From IMG/VR virus record IMGVR_UViG_3300012974_000418: DNA of 11,573 nt; one strand, given 5' to 3'. Below the pieces are notes generated by a model. The model was given only the letters and a program-made list of their open reading frames with translations, searched no databases and had not been told where the DNA came from. This document shows, piece after piece, positions 1 through 8,117 of the stretch. Positions within the stretch are counted from its first letter, which is position 1, and every line of letters starts with the position of its first letter. This DNA is from a virus (Duplodnaviria > Heunggongvirae > Uroviricota > Caudoviricetes). The translations under genes and the position numbers were made by a program.

Positions 1-564
1 AGCGAACCAACGGACTTATTTACCTGGTACGGTAAAGATAAAAAAGGCGACTCTCTCGCTATTGTAATTAAAAATAAAAACGGAAATGATTACTTATCTC
101 TCGGTTACTACGATCAGGACGACTACCACATTCAAAGAGGAATTCGTATTAATGGTGATAGTCTCACCCAATATTGTAGTGAAAAAGCCAGGAATGCTTC
201 AGCGTGGTTTGAAAGCAGTAAAGCTATCATGGCAGAATCATTTGCAACAGGTTCCGATCATCAGGTTGTAAACGAGCTCAACGGGGAAAGACTGAGAGAA
301 CCTAACGAAGTTTTTAAACGTTTAGGTCGAGCAATAAGATATAATTTTCAAGTGGACGATGCAAAATTTAGACGCGACAATGTAAAAGAAATAATTTCTA
401 ATTTATTCGCTAACAAAGTTGACGTTGACCATCCTGAAAATAAATACAAAGACTTTAAGGATCTCGAAGATAACGTTGAAAAAAGACTTCAAAATCGCCA
501 GGCGAAATATCAAAATGAAATTAATCAACTATCTGCGCCAGGTGTTAATTTTGATGATATTTAA
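1..564 (+). CDS. 3' part of a conserved hypothetical protein (yfdF-like by synteny with fadL-yfdF-mlaA-yfdC-argW); 5' end lies outside the window
   Basis: Frame 1 is open from base 1 to the TAA at 562..564; the tracked ORFs 86..271 and 229..564 are fragments of or overlaps with this frame. Identity is inferred from position upstream of mlaA, not from recognised sequence. Confidence 0.55.
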   Translation, partial: SEPTDLFTWYGKDKKGDSLAIVIKNKNGNDYLSLGYYDQDDYHIQRGIRINGDSLTQYCSEKARNASAWFESSKAIMAESFATGSDHQVVNELNGERLREPNEVFKRLGRAIRYNFQVDDAKFRRDNVKEIISNLFANKVDVDHPENKYKDFKDLEDNVEKRLQNRQAKYQNEINQLSAPGVNFDDI

Positions 565-702
565 AATTATTTTTCCAGTTTTTTGATTTTTCAACGCCTG
601 AATATCGGAAATAGTCAGTGACGAACATCAGTATTTTTACATCATTACGTCCGGGTCATTGTCGGTTTATCTCCTTTTACTTGTGGTAATTGAGGGATAA
701 CA

Positions 703-737
703 ACAAAAAAGGTGAGTTTTGCGACTCACCTTTTTTA
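703..737. terminator. Bidirectional rho-independent terminator between the convergent yfdF-like gene and mlaA
   Basis: A-run 704..710, stem AGGTGAGT (710..717) / ACTCACCT (724..731), 6-nt loop, T-run 731..736; sits between the two convergent stop codons. Confidence 0.7.
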
Positions 738-745
738 TTTGTTTC

Positions 746-1501
746 TTATTCAGAATCAATATCTTTTAAATCATCCTGAATCGCTTGTGCGTTCGGATTT
801 TCCTGCGGTTTGAGTTCGCCGCCATTAGCGATGAAATCATGACGCTGGAAGTACGCTTCGCGCACCATAATATAAGGATCGGACGACTGACGCAGCAGAC
901 CATCGGAATCCAGCAGCTGAGCGCGGGTTTCGATCCCTTCAAGCGTCCATTTACCCACAGACATCGGCCAGGTCAGCCAGGAAAGAACCGGGTAAAGACC
1001 ATCCGCCATATCACCACCGTCATCACGCAGCGTGAAGCTACCGTAGAACGGTAACTGAACGTAAGGCCCATAACCCACGCCATAATGACCAAGCGTACTA
1101 CCGAAGCGGTGAGGTTCAGTCCGTTGCAGTTTCGGGTTCGCCATCCCTGCAACATCAATAAAGCCGCCCATCCCCAAAATGGTGTTCAGGAAAAAGCGGG
1201 TAAAGTGGACCATCCCCTGATAAGGGTCGCCCTGCAAGAAGTAGTTAACCATCACCGCAGGTTCTTCAAGGTTGCCAGTAAAGTTGCTCAAACCATTACG
1301 CGCCGGTTGCGGAACATAATCACGCCAGGCGACAGCGACCGGTCGAACAATATACGGGTCTAATACGTTGAAGTTGAAGTTGTACATGGTGCGGTTGAAC
1401 CCTTCTAACGGGTCAGAACGCCCTTGCTGATCTGTACCGGAACTCGCACACCCCACCAGAAGCGTAGTTCCCAGAGCAAGCGCCGACAGGCGAAGCTTCA
1501 T
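746..1501 (-). CDS. mlaA: MlaA/VacJ outer-membrane lipoprotein (phospholipid asymmetry maintenance)
   Basis: 251-aa ORF with signal peptide and lipobox (LLVGC); sequence reads as MlaA/VacJ family; expected position next to yfdC and argW. Confidence 0.88.
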   Translation of the reverse strand: MKLRLSALALGTTLLVGCASSGTDQQGRSDPLEGFNRTMYNFNFNVLDPYIVRPVAVAWRDYVPQPARNGLSNFTGNLEEPAVMVNYFLQGDPYQGMVHFTRFFLNTILGMGGFIDVAGMANPKLQRTEPHRFGSTLGHYGVGYGPYVQLPFYGSFTLRDDGGDMADGLYPVLSWLTWPMSVGKWTLEGIETRAQLLDSDGLLRQSSDPYIMVREAYFQRHDFIANGGELKPQENPNAQAIQDDLKDIDSE

Positions 1502-1794
1502 AAATGTCTCCCTGTTTTTTTATGGCTTATGCAGTTTGCCATCCATGACGGAACGATACCGTATCCGCCTGTTTAGGTGTGGGCGATTGTAACAGCACGT
1601 CAACTGATGTCCAGACGCCCTGATTTGCTGATTTGATCATAGCCTGGTAATCGCCGCCCTGTAGGCTACTTGATTCTATAGAAACAGAAAAAGGCAAACG
1701 CAGCCTTTTCTACATTTTCAGAGTAACTCCCGCCAGTTGCGAGCAAAAAAGCCGCTACGCTTTAGCTATACGTGCTAATTCAAGAGAAGAGACC

Positions 1795-2727
1795 ATGGAC
1801 AACGACAAAATTGATCAACACAGCGACGAAATTGAAGTTGAGAGCGAAGAAAAAGAGCGCGGCAAAAAAATAGAAATAGATGAAGACCGACTCCCCTCCC
1901 GGGCGATGGCAATTCATGAGCATATCCGCCAGGATGGTGAAAAAGAGCTGGAACGCGACGCAATGGCGCTACTGTGGTCAGCCATTGCGGCGGGTCTGTC
2001 GATGGGCGCTTCGCTACTGGCAAAAGGGATATTTCATGTCGAACTGGAAGGAGTGCCAGGCAGCTTCTTACTGGAGAATCTCGGTTATACCTTTGGTTTT
2101 ATTATCGTCATTATGGCCCGCCAGCAATTATTTACCGAAAACACCGTGACTGCGGTACTACCCGTCATGCAAAAACCGACAATGAGCAACGTCGGCTTAC
2201 TTATGCGATTATGGGGCGTCGTGCTGCTGGGTAATATTCTCGGGACAGGTATTGCTGCATGGGCATTTGAATATATGCCTATCTTCAATGAAGAAACTCG
2301 CGATGCATTTGTCAAAATCGGCATGGATGTGATGAAGAACACCCCCAGCGAGATGTTTGCCAACGCGATCATTTCCGGCTGGCTGATCGCCACTATGGTT
2401 TGGATGTTTCCTGCTGCGGGTGCGGCAAAGATTGTGGTGATTATATTGATGACCTGGCTTATTGCACTGGGTGACACCACCCACATCGTTGTCGGTTCTG
2501 TTGAAATCCTCTATCTGGTGTTTAACGGCACGCTGCACTGGAGCGATTTCATCTGGCCCTTCGCACTACCTACTTTAGCGGGGAACATCTGCGGCGGCAC
2601 CTTTATCTTCGCGTTAATGAGTCATGCACAGATTCGTAACGACATGAGCAACAAGCGTAAAGCAGAAGCACGCCAAAAAGCAGAACGTGCGGAAAACATT
2701 AAGAAAAATGATAAAAACCCAGCATAA
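1795..2727 (+). CDS. yfdC: Inner-membrane protein of the formate/nitrite transporter (FNT) family
   Basis: 310-aa ORF with a hydrophilic acidic N-terminus followed by several hydrophobic helices; length and position immediately upstream of tRNA-Arg match yfdC. Confidence 0.85.
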   Translation: MDNDKIDQHSDEIEVESEEKERGKKIEIDEDRLPSRAMAIHEHIRQDGEKELERDAMALLWSAIAAGLSMGASLLAKGIFHVELEGVPGSFLLENLGYTFGFIIVIMARQQLFTENTVTAVLPVMQKPTMSNVGLLMRLWGVVLLGNILGTGIAAWAFEYMPIFNEETRDAFVKIGMDVMKNTPSEMFANAIISGWLIATMVWMFPAAGAAKIVVIILMTWLIALGDTTHIVVGSVEILYLVFNGTLHWSDFIWPFALPTLAGNICGGTFIFALMSHAQIRNDMSNKRKAEARQKAERAENIKKNDKNPA

Positions 2728-2762
2728 ATGGCGAGGGTTTAAGCAATCGAGCGGCAGCGTAC

Positions 2763-2791
2763 TTACCCCGCAGTCCATTAGCGGGTATACT
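2763..2791 (+). promoter_or_regulatory. Possible promoter for the tRNA-Arg gene
   Basis: TATACT at 2786..2791, 11 nt upstream of the tRNA 5' end; weak -35-like TTACCC at 2763..2768 with 17-nt spacer. Confidence 0.3.
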
Positions 2792-2802
2792 CATGCCGCA
2801 TT

Positions 2803-2877
2803 GTCCTCTTAGTTAAATGGATATAACGAGCCCCTCCTAAGGGCTAATTGCAGGTTCGATTCCTGCAGGGGACACCA
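2803..2877 (+). tRNA. argW: tRNA-Arg, anticodon CCU (argW-like), 75 nt with encoded CCA
   Basis: Acceptor stem GTCCTCT / AGGGGAC, anticodon loop CTCCTAA with CCT anticodon, T-arm GCAGG-TTCGATTC-CTGC, discriminator A then CCA at 2875..2877. Confidence 0.93.
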
Positions 2878-3038
2878 TCTATCAGTTCGCTCCCATCCGT
2901 ACCAGTCCGCAAAATCCCCTGAATATCAAGCTCTCCGTAGATTCACAGTTCGTCACGGTTCGCGTCAGATCGTTGACAGCCGCACTCCATGACGGGTAAA
3001 AAGTGGATAAAATAATTTTACCCACCGGATTTTTACCC
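2878..3038 (+). other. attL-proximal region between the tRNA and int, with short direct repeats (possible integrase arm-type sites) and a possible int promoter
   Basis: CAGTTCG at 2883..2889 and 2946..2952, related GGTTCG at 2957..2962; TTGACA at 2973..2978 with TAAAAA at 2997..3002 (18-nt spacer). Confidence 0.3.
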
Positions 3039-4196
3039 ATGCTCACCGTTAAGCAGATTGAAGCAGCAAAGCCGAAAGAAAAACCATACCGCCTTCTCGA
3101 TGGTAATGGCCTGTATCTTTATGTCCCTGTATCAGGGAAAAAGGTATGGCAGCTTCGCTACAAGATTGACGGTAAGGAGAAAATCCTGACCGTAGGAAAA
3201 TATCAGCTTATGACTTTGCAAGAGGCAAGGGATAAAGCATGGAATGCGAGGAAAGACATCTCGGTTGGCATCGATCCGGTAAAAGCGAAAAAGGCTTCGT
3301 CTAACAACAATTCCTTTAGTGCGATTTACAAGGAATGGTACGAGCACAAGAAGCAAGTCTGGTCAGTAGGCTATGCAACTGAACTTGCAAAAATGTTTGA
3401 TGACGACATTTTACCTATCATCGGCGGCCTTGAAATTCAGGATATTGAGCCGATGCAACTGCTGGAAGTAATCCGCAGATTTGAAGATCGCGGTGCAATG
3501 GAGCGAGCCAACAAAGCCCGCAGAAGATGCGGCGAGGTTTTCCGTTACGCTATTGTCACTGGTAGGGCTAAATATAACCCGGCACCTGACCTTGCTGACG
3601 CCATGAAGGGATACCGCAAGAAAAACTTCCCGTTTCTTCCTGCAGACCAGATCCCGGCATTCAACAAAGCACTGGCAACATTTTCAGGAAGCATCGTATC
3701 GCTCATTGCGACCAAAGTTTTACGCTACACAGCCCTAAGAACGAAAGAGCTTCGTTCCATGCAATGGAAGAACGTCGATTTTGAAAACAGGATTATCACC
3801 ATCGACGCCAGTGTGATGAAGGGACGCAAAATTCATGTTGTCCCGATGTCAGACCAGGTGGTTGAACTTCTCACTACACTAAGCTCAATCACTAAACCAG
3901 TATCAGAGTTTGTTTTTGCCGGGCGCAACGATAAGAAGAAGCCAATCTGCGAGAACGCGGTGCTACTTGTGATCAAACAAATCGGCTATGAAGGTCTGGA
4001 AAGCGGTCACGGATTCAGGCATGAATTCAGCACGATTATGAACGAGCACGAATGGCCTGCTGATGCTATTGAAGTGCAACTGGCACATGCCAACGGCGGA
4101 TCTGTGCGCGGGATTTACAACCACGCTCAGTATCTCGATAAGCGCAGAGAAATGATGCAGTGGTGGGCGGACTGGCTTGATGAAAAGGTGGAGTAA
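3039..4196 (+). CDS. intS: Phage tyrosine integrase (IntS/CPS-53-type, argW-specific family)
   Basis: The tracked ORF 3003..4196 starts at GTG; the ATG at 3039 (MLTVKQIEAAK...) gives 385 aa, the length I recall for IntS-type integrases. N-terminal arm-binding-like domain; C-terminal catalytic region with HxxR (HGFRHEF) and a tyrosine near the C-terminus (RGIYNHAQYL). Confidence 0.88.
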   Translation: MLTVKQIEAAKPKEKPYRLLDGNGLYLYVPVSGKKVWQLRYKIDGKEKILTVGKYQLMTLQEARDKAWNARKDISVGIDPVKAKKASSNNNSFSAIYKEWYEHKKQVWSVGYATELAKMFDDDILPIIGGLEIQDIEPMQLLEVIRRFEDRGAMERANKARRRCGEVFRYAIVTGRAKYNPAPDLADAMKGYRKKNFPFLPADQIPAFNKALATFSGSIVSLIATKVLRYTALRTKELRSMQWKNVDFENRIITIDASVMKGRKIHVVPMSDQVVELLTTLSSITKPVSEFVFAGRNDKKKPICENAVLLVIKQIGYEGLESGHGFRHEFSTIMNEHEWPADAIEVQLAHANGGSVRGIYNHAQYLDKRREMMQWWADWLDEKVE

Positions 4197-4250
4197 TCAA
4201 CCTTTTCATCAATTTTCACATCACCAAAGCCATTTAGAACGTGGATGATG

Positions 4251-6188
4251 TTAACCTATTGCAACTCTCGCATTACAAAATGCCAAAGCATCAGCCTCCG
4301 TATTGAACTCAACAATAAAAAAGTTTTGCAATCTAATAACGGTGTCCGTTTGTGCAGTAAGATACAATCGAATTGTTCCTGATGATTCTGCTTTTCCAAT
4401 ACCGAAAGTACTTGTCCATTTGCCGTCTTCTGTATAGATAACACCTGCTGAAACAGATTCTGAGAATCTAAAGTTTCCTGTCCCGGAAACAAGTTTAGCG
4501 TTAACCCCCCATACATACCACAGCCCACCAGTTATTGAGGCAAATTCTGAACTTAACTGTGATGACCCAGCATCGATTGATACTTCCGCACAACCATAAC
4601 CAATTGCTATTCCATCATCTACACAGTTTGCTGTTACTTGTTTCGTGCCGGGGAATGACCACGTAGTAGAACCAACAACCCCTGAATATAAATCTGCTGC
4701 ACGTACAGCGCCATGATACCCTATGGCCCCCTTGATAGCTTGCACCGTGGGCGCTCCACGCAAACTTAAGTTGCTACTCGCTAATAATCCAGATTGAGAT
4801 GCAACGCTTTTAATAATCGGGACTCCGCCAACTTCCCCCCCCGCATAAAGATTCTCAACAATAAATGAACTATTAGCGTCAACGTTCATGCTGTAAATAT
4901 TCGAACTAACAGTGTCAATTCGACAGTTACGCGCAATTAAGTTTGAGTTAATTAATTCAATATTAGTTAAGTATGACTCTTCAATGTATGCCTGTGGTGT
5001 GTTTATTAATTTAACCTGTCTCGGAACTTCTTCAGAACCATCGCGATCAATGGTAGATGCCGTAGCAATGAGTTCAAACCATACGTTTCGTATAACAATA
5101 GGGGTATAAGGAACAATGTTATTATAGTCAATCCTTATGCCACCACCAGTGCATTGCTCCATGATGCTATCTTGAATTTGCACAGATCCACCGCCATCTT
5201 GAGCATTCACTATATCAATACAGTATTTAGATATACCTTGGAAATAACAGTCGCGAAATGTATCGCAGCCAGAATGCATGCCGGGCACGCTTTCAGCACG
5301 ATACCCATACTCAGACGTTCTGAAGTTAACAGTTTGATATGTATTACCTATATTACCAGTTGGCTTTTTAATACAAACACCAAAATCAGCCATACCTACA
5401 TAACTGATATCCCATCTCCCAGAGAACATATCATTCGGGTCATATAGCACCCCCACGGAATCAGATGTTGCCGCCCCCTGTATGCTTATTTTTGAAATAC
5501 TTCGACGCTCCCAGTTTGGTACTGATTGTAATACTTTAATTGCATAATCTTCACTCCCTGGTTTTAATATAGATGAGTATCCAGAACCATCAATATCAGC
5601 ATTGCCAGTTGAAACGCTTTCGCTATATATGCCTGGAGAAACAAGAACCCGCCCCCTTGCGGTGGTATCATTAATCGCCTGTTGTAAAGTTGAATAATCA
5701 CCACTATGTTTAATGTCATTCAAATTATCAATTAGCTTTCTTTTACCAGAGCCAATATTTTTTGCACCATCTTCTGCCTGTAGAGCCGATTTACTCTGTG
5801 CATCATTAACTAAATTTAATCCTCCTGGAGAGGACAATTCTTGTCTTAACTGATCTGGATCGTACTTCAGCACATTAGGAAAATAGAACTGCTGTGCTCC
5901 ATACGCGTCATAAACAGCCATGGAATGGCCTTGCACAGTCACAAATTTAGCAATCTGTCCGTTATATACAGGATAACCAGCAGCGTTAATGATGATTGGT
6001 TGAGAAACAGGAACGTGAGAGCCGTCTTCGTTCTCCACATAAACCTGAATCTGGTTTTCAGGATTTACCGGGTCAGTGTCAATTTTACCGATATAAATTT
6101 TGCCATTGGCTACGGCTTTAAAAGAACGAGCCATAGTGAAGAGTTGCGAAGGCATCGATACAATCACATTAGCTGTAATGTCTGTCAT
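4251..6188 (-). CDS. Tailspike protein: P22 gp9-like N-terminal head-binding domain (about 5853..6188) fused to a divergent receptor-binding/depolymerase body
   Basis: The first ~110 aa ([34 protein letters not shown]...VLKYDPDQ) are near-identical to the P22 gp9 N-terminal domain as I recall it; the remaining ~530 aa do not resemble the P22 body. Confidence 0.88.
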   Translation of the reverse strand: MTDITANVIVSMPSQLFTMARSFKAVANGKIYIGKIDTDPVNPENQIQVYVENEDGSHVPVSQPIIINAAGYPVYNGQIAKFVTVQGHSMAVYDAYGAQQFYFPNVLKYDPDQLRQELSSPGGLNLVNDAQSKSALQAEDGAKNIGSGKRKLIDNLNDIKHSGDYSTLQQAINDTTARGRVLVSPGIYSESVSTGNADIDGSGYSSILKPGSEDYAIKVLQSVPNWERRSISKISIQGAATSDSVGVLYDPNDMFSGRWDISYVGMADFGVCIKKPTGNIGNTYQTVNFRTSEYGYRAESVPGMHSGCDTFRDCYFQGISKYCIDIVNAQDGGGSVQIQDSIMEQCTGGGIRIDYNNIVPYTPIVIRNVWFELIATASTIDRDGSEEVPRQVKLINTPQAYIEESYLTNIELINSNLIARNCRIDTVSSNIYSMNVDANSSFIVENLYAGGEVGGVPIIKSVASQSGLLASSNLSLRGAPTVQAIKGAIGYHGAVRAADLYSGVVGSTTWSFPGTKQVTANCVDDGIAIGYGCAEVSIDAGSSQLSSEFASITGGLWYVWGVNAKLVSGTGNFRFSESVSAGVIYTEDGKWTSTFGIGKAESSGTIRLYLTAQTDTVIRLQNFFIVEFNTEADALAFCNARVAIG

Positions 6189-6246
6189 TTAATTTGCTCC
6201 AGATGCAAGGAATCGCCGCAGCGTGGCTACGGTGAATTTTGGGCAT

Positions 6247-6270
6247 AAAAAAACCCAGCCGAAGCTGGGT
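6247..6270 (-). terminator. Rho-independent terminator on the minus strand between ant and the tailspike gene
   Basis: Read on the minus strand: stem CCCAGC, loop TTCG, stem GCTGGG, then TTTTTTT (plus-strand A-run 6247..6253, stem arms 6254..6259 and 6264..6269). Confidence 0.65.
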
Positions 6271-6288
6271 CGTTGCGTTGGTTATCTG

Positions 6289-7212
6289 TCAGTAGTTATG
6301 TACTGAAGGAGGCAATTCTTTATTCTTAAGTCTCATCCATGCGGAAAGATTCGTTGGTCCGTCTGGCTCATTGATATCAACATCTCGTGTGTGATTGATT
6401 AAAACGTCTCTCGCCATTCCGATAACATACGAGAATTCATGACCGTAGTCGTAGCATCTGCCGGAATAGTTCGATTGAATTTGTTTTAATGCCGGATACA
6501 GTTCGCGGAATAATGCCTGTGAACGGTTAGCATAATCCCAGAGCCATACAAGGCTGTTTGCTTCTTTTGCAGAAAGCTCGTTGGTTTTCTTCTCTTGTTT
6601 GCCGATGAACTCACCTTCAAGCGGAACTCGAGCTGCAAGTGACAGTGCTTCGGTAAACTGCTCCTCACTGATTTCTTTGTACGAACATCCAAAATGGGAT
6701 TTCAGTGACGACCACATGGTGATCATCGCCTTAGCCTGTTTTTCTTTTGGCAGAGACTGACCGCGACTCATGACGAGTTGTTTAATGGCTTCCTGCTGCT
6801 CAGTGGTGATTTTACCCGGCAATGCCTTTTTAGCTTTGCGCGGGTTAACCACATGGCCTTTAGTCCAGTACTCGTAGAGCACATCGTCACACTCTTCCTG
6901 ATACTGGATTACATTGTCGCGGATTTCAGGGCGGACTTTGTTAGGGCTGATGGTTTGCAACCAGCCATTCAGTTTACGTAAAGCAAGGCAAATCATGGTC
7001 TGCACGCCGCCAACTGAAGGTATTGCGATTTCCACAATACCTTTAGCAAATCTTTGTTTTAACTTTGTAAACTGTGAAGCCCAATCCATACCCATTCCCT
7101 CAACGATAGGTTTCATTGGGGTATACGGTTCGCCGTTGTGATTGACAACATAAAGCTCTGCGCCGTGGAATGGCACGTTGATAGTAGATACTGCTGTTGC
7201 TATACTTTTCAT
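6289..7212 (-). CDS. Phage antirepressor (Ant-like, AntA-type N-terminal domain)
   Basis: 307-aa ORF placed between the arc-like gene and the tailspike, as ant is in P22 immI. The N-terminal region has the look of AntA-type antirepressor domains. RBS GAGGA 9 nt upstream of the ATG. Confidence 0.65.
   Translation of the reverse strand: MKSIATAVSTINVPFHGAELYVVNHNGEPYTPMKPIVEGMGMDWASQFTKLKQRFAKGIVEIAIPSVGGVQTMICLALRKLNGWLQTISPNKVRPEIRDNVIQYQEECDDVLYEYWTKGHVVNPRKAKKALPGKITTEQQEAIKQLVMSRGQSLPKEKQAKAMITMWSSLKSHFGCSYKEISEEQFTEALSLAARVPLEGEFIGKQEKKTNELSAKEANSLVWLWDYANRSQALFRELYPALKQIQSNYSGRCYDYGHEFSYVIGMARDVLINHTRDVDINEPDGPTNLSAWMRLKNKELPPSVHNY
7178..7206 (+). promoter_or_regulatory. Predicted sigma70 promoter firing antisense across the ant translation-initiation region (Psar-like)
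   Basis: TTGATA (7178..7183), 17-nt spacer, TATACT (7201..7206) on the plus strand, inside the first codons of ant; predicted start about 7213. Confidence 0.45.
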
Positions 7213-7283
7213 GTCAGTTTTTCCTCAAAATTTACTGGCGATTTAAGCCCGAGCTACTCGCAATAGCTTGGGCTTTACTCATT
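7213..7283 (+). ncRNA. Candidate sar-like small antisense RNA complementary to the ant ribosome-binding site
   Basis: From the predicted start (~7213) across the ant RBS complement to a hairpin (arms 7245..7255 and 7265..7275, 10 Watson-Crick pairs plus one G-U, 9-nt loop) followed by a U-containing tail; about 68..71 nt. Confidence 0.4.
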
Positions 7284-7425
7284 CTGGACAAACAATTCCA
7301 TCCTTAGCTACTGACTCCTTTAGTCTCCTCAATACCTCATTACTGAACGACCGATCATCCTTTTTAGCGGACTGCTCCAAAGCCTTTTCCAGCCATTCTG
7401 GCATCCTTAATGTCTTAACTTTCAT
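7279..7425 (-). CDS. Arc-like ribbon-helix-helix repressor, 48 aa (below the ORF-track length cutoff)
   Basis: Hand-translated: MKVKTLRMPEWLEKALEQSAKKDDRSFSNEVLRRLKESVAKDGIVCPE. AAGGAG RBS 5 nt upstream of the ATG at 7423..7425; RHH pattern (MP..L...L....RS.N.EV..RL.ES); position between mnt and ant. Confidence 0.6.
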   Translation of the reverse strand: MKVKTLRMPEWLEKALEQSAKKDDRSFSNEVLRRLKESVAKDGIVCPE

Positions 7426-7529
7426 TTTTGCTCCTTTGTATGTGGTACGCATACATAGTATTTAGGTACGCATTGATAGTCAATAGATACCTACATATCC
7501 TGTGGTAAATAATTATTCAGGATGCGCCG
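7426..7529. promoter_or_regulatory. Divergent promoter/operator region between the arc-like and mnt-like genes (Pant-like and Pmnt-like)
   Basis: Minus strand: TTGACT (revcomp of 7478..7483), 17-nt spacer, TACTAT (revcomp of 7455..7460). Plus strand: TTGATA at 7473..7478 with TATCCT at 7496..7501. Imperfect palindrome GTATG-N7-CATAC (7438..7454) centred on GTAC; direct repeat GGTACGCAT at 7444..7452 and 7465..7473. Confidence 0.5.
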
Positions 7530-7781
7530 ATGTCTGATCGTAAGTACAAAAACCCTCAAGTGAATCTGAGGCTTCCTGTAGAGATAAAGGAACGTCTTAT
7601 TGAGCTGGCTGAGGCTAATTCTCGTTCATTAAATGCTGAGATGGTCGCGGCACTTGAAGCGTGGACCGAAAAAAATAAACACATTCAAGCACTAGACCTT
7701 GCAACTATAGCATCGCGGTTGATAGAGCTTGAGCATGAGGTTGAGAAGTTAAAATGTATGCATGGCAACGGTGAAAAATGA
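7530..7781 (+). CDS. Mnt-like ribbon-helix-helix repressor (maintenance-of-lysogeny repressor of the immI module)
   Basis: 83-aa ORF, the length I recall for P22 Mnt; N-terminal RHH pattern (VNLRLPVEIKERLIELAEANSRSLNAEMVAALEAW); divergent from the arc-like/ant genes. Confidence 0.7.
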   Translation: MSDRKYKNPQVNLRLPVEIKERLIELAEANSRSLNAEMVAALEAWTEKNKHIQALDLATIASRLIELEHEVEKLKCMHGNGEK

Positions 7782-8092
7782 AACGCATCGCTATTTTGTT
7801 AATATTGTTCTTCTCTACAATAGTTTGCGCCAAACAAAAATCAGATAATGGCGATCTTAAAGGCCTGCAAGAACTCATGATAACTTCGAAATTTGCTGGC
7901 ATGTGCGGCACAATCAAACAAATGGCAACATTTCAAGAATCAACAAAAATGCCTGGCGGAGATGAGTTCTTACATCGTTTTCTGACCACAGAGCAAGCAA
8001 GACTTGGAATGAATCCACAGGAGTTTCTTGAAGCATGCCAGAAGTCAATTTCAGCTTATACCAATTATTACAATCTAACTTCTGATAAATAA
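7778..8092 (+). CDS. Small exported protein of unknown function (N-terminal signal peptide); accessory gene in the mnt operon
   Basis: 104-aa ORF whose ATG overlaps the mnt stop (ATGA); hydrophobic N-terminus MKRIAILLILFFSTIVCA; AT-rich relative to flanking genes by eye. Confidence 0.6.
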   Translation: MKRIAILLILFFSTIVCAKQKSDNGDLKGLQELMITSKFAGMCGTIKQMATFQESTKMPGGDEFLHRFLTTEQARLGMNPQEFLEACQKSISAYTNYYNLTSDK

Positions 8093-8117
8093 TAGAAAGG
8101 ATTTTATAAATAACTTT

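Noticed and set aside
86-271. 61-aa ORF at the start of the window
   Set aside because: Out of frame with, and overlapped by, the longer frame-1 reading frame that is open from base 1 to 564; most likely a frame artefact.
785-1363. Three ORFs (785..1054 +, 973..1158 -, 1085..1363 +) overlapping mlaA
   Set aside because: Antisense or out-of-frame overlaps of a well-supported gene; no RBS or independent support.
1775-2538. Overlapping ORFs inside or antisense to yfdC (1775..2023 -, 1880..2149 +, 1974..2234 +, 2085..2486 -, 2209..2538 -)
   Set aside because: All embedded in the 310-aa membrane-protein gene; typical shadow ORFs.
3003-3038. Extended integrase start at GTG 3003 (397 aa)
   Set aside because: The ATG at 3039 gives the 385-aa length I recall for IntS-type integrases; the extra 12 codons (MDKIILPTGFLP) look like upstream read-in.
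3132-3356. 74-aa minus-strand ORF inside int
   Set aside because: Antisense shadow ORF within a confident CDS.
4256-6248. Small ORFs overlapping the tailspike gene (4256..4528 -, 4912..5109 +, 5154..5447 +, 5925..6248 +)
   Set aside because: Out-of-frame or antisense to the 645-aa tailspike ORF; the last also runs across the predicted terminator.
6486-7141. ORFs overlapping ant (6486..6692 -, 6778..6981 +, 6914..7141 +)
   Set aside because: Embedded in or antisense to the antirepressor ORF; no start-site support.
7268-7465. 65-aa plus-strand ORF across the arc-like gene and promoter region
   Set aside because: Antisense to the arc-like CDS and spanning the operator region. An upstream in-frame ATG for arc (7450..7452) was also rejected because it lacks an RBS and sits at the predicted transcription start.
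7705-7917. 70-aa minus-strand ORF spanning the mnt/ORF104 junction
   Set aside because: Antisense to two well-supported plus-strand genes.
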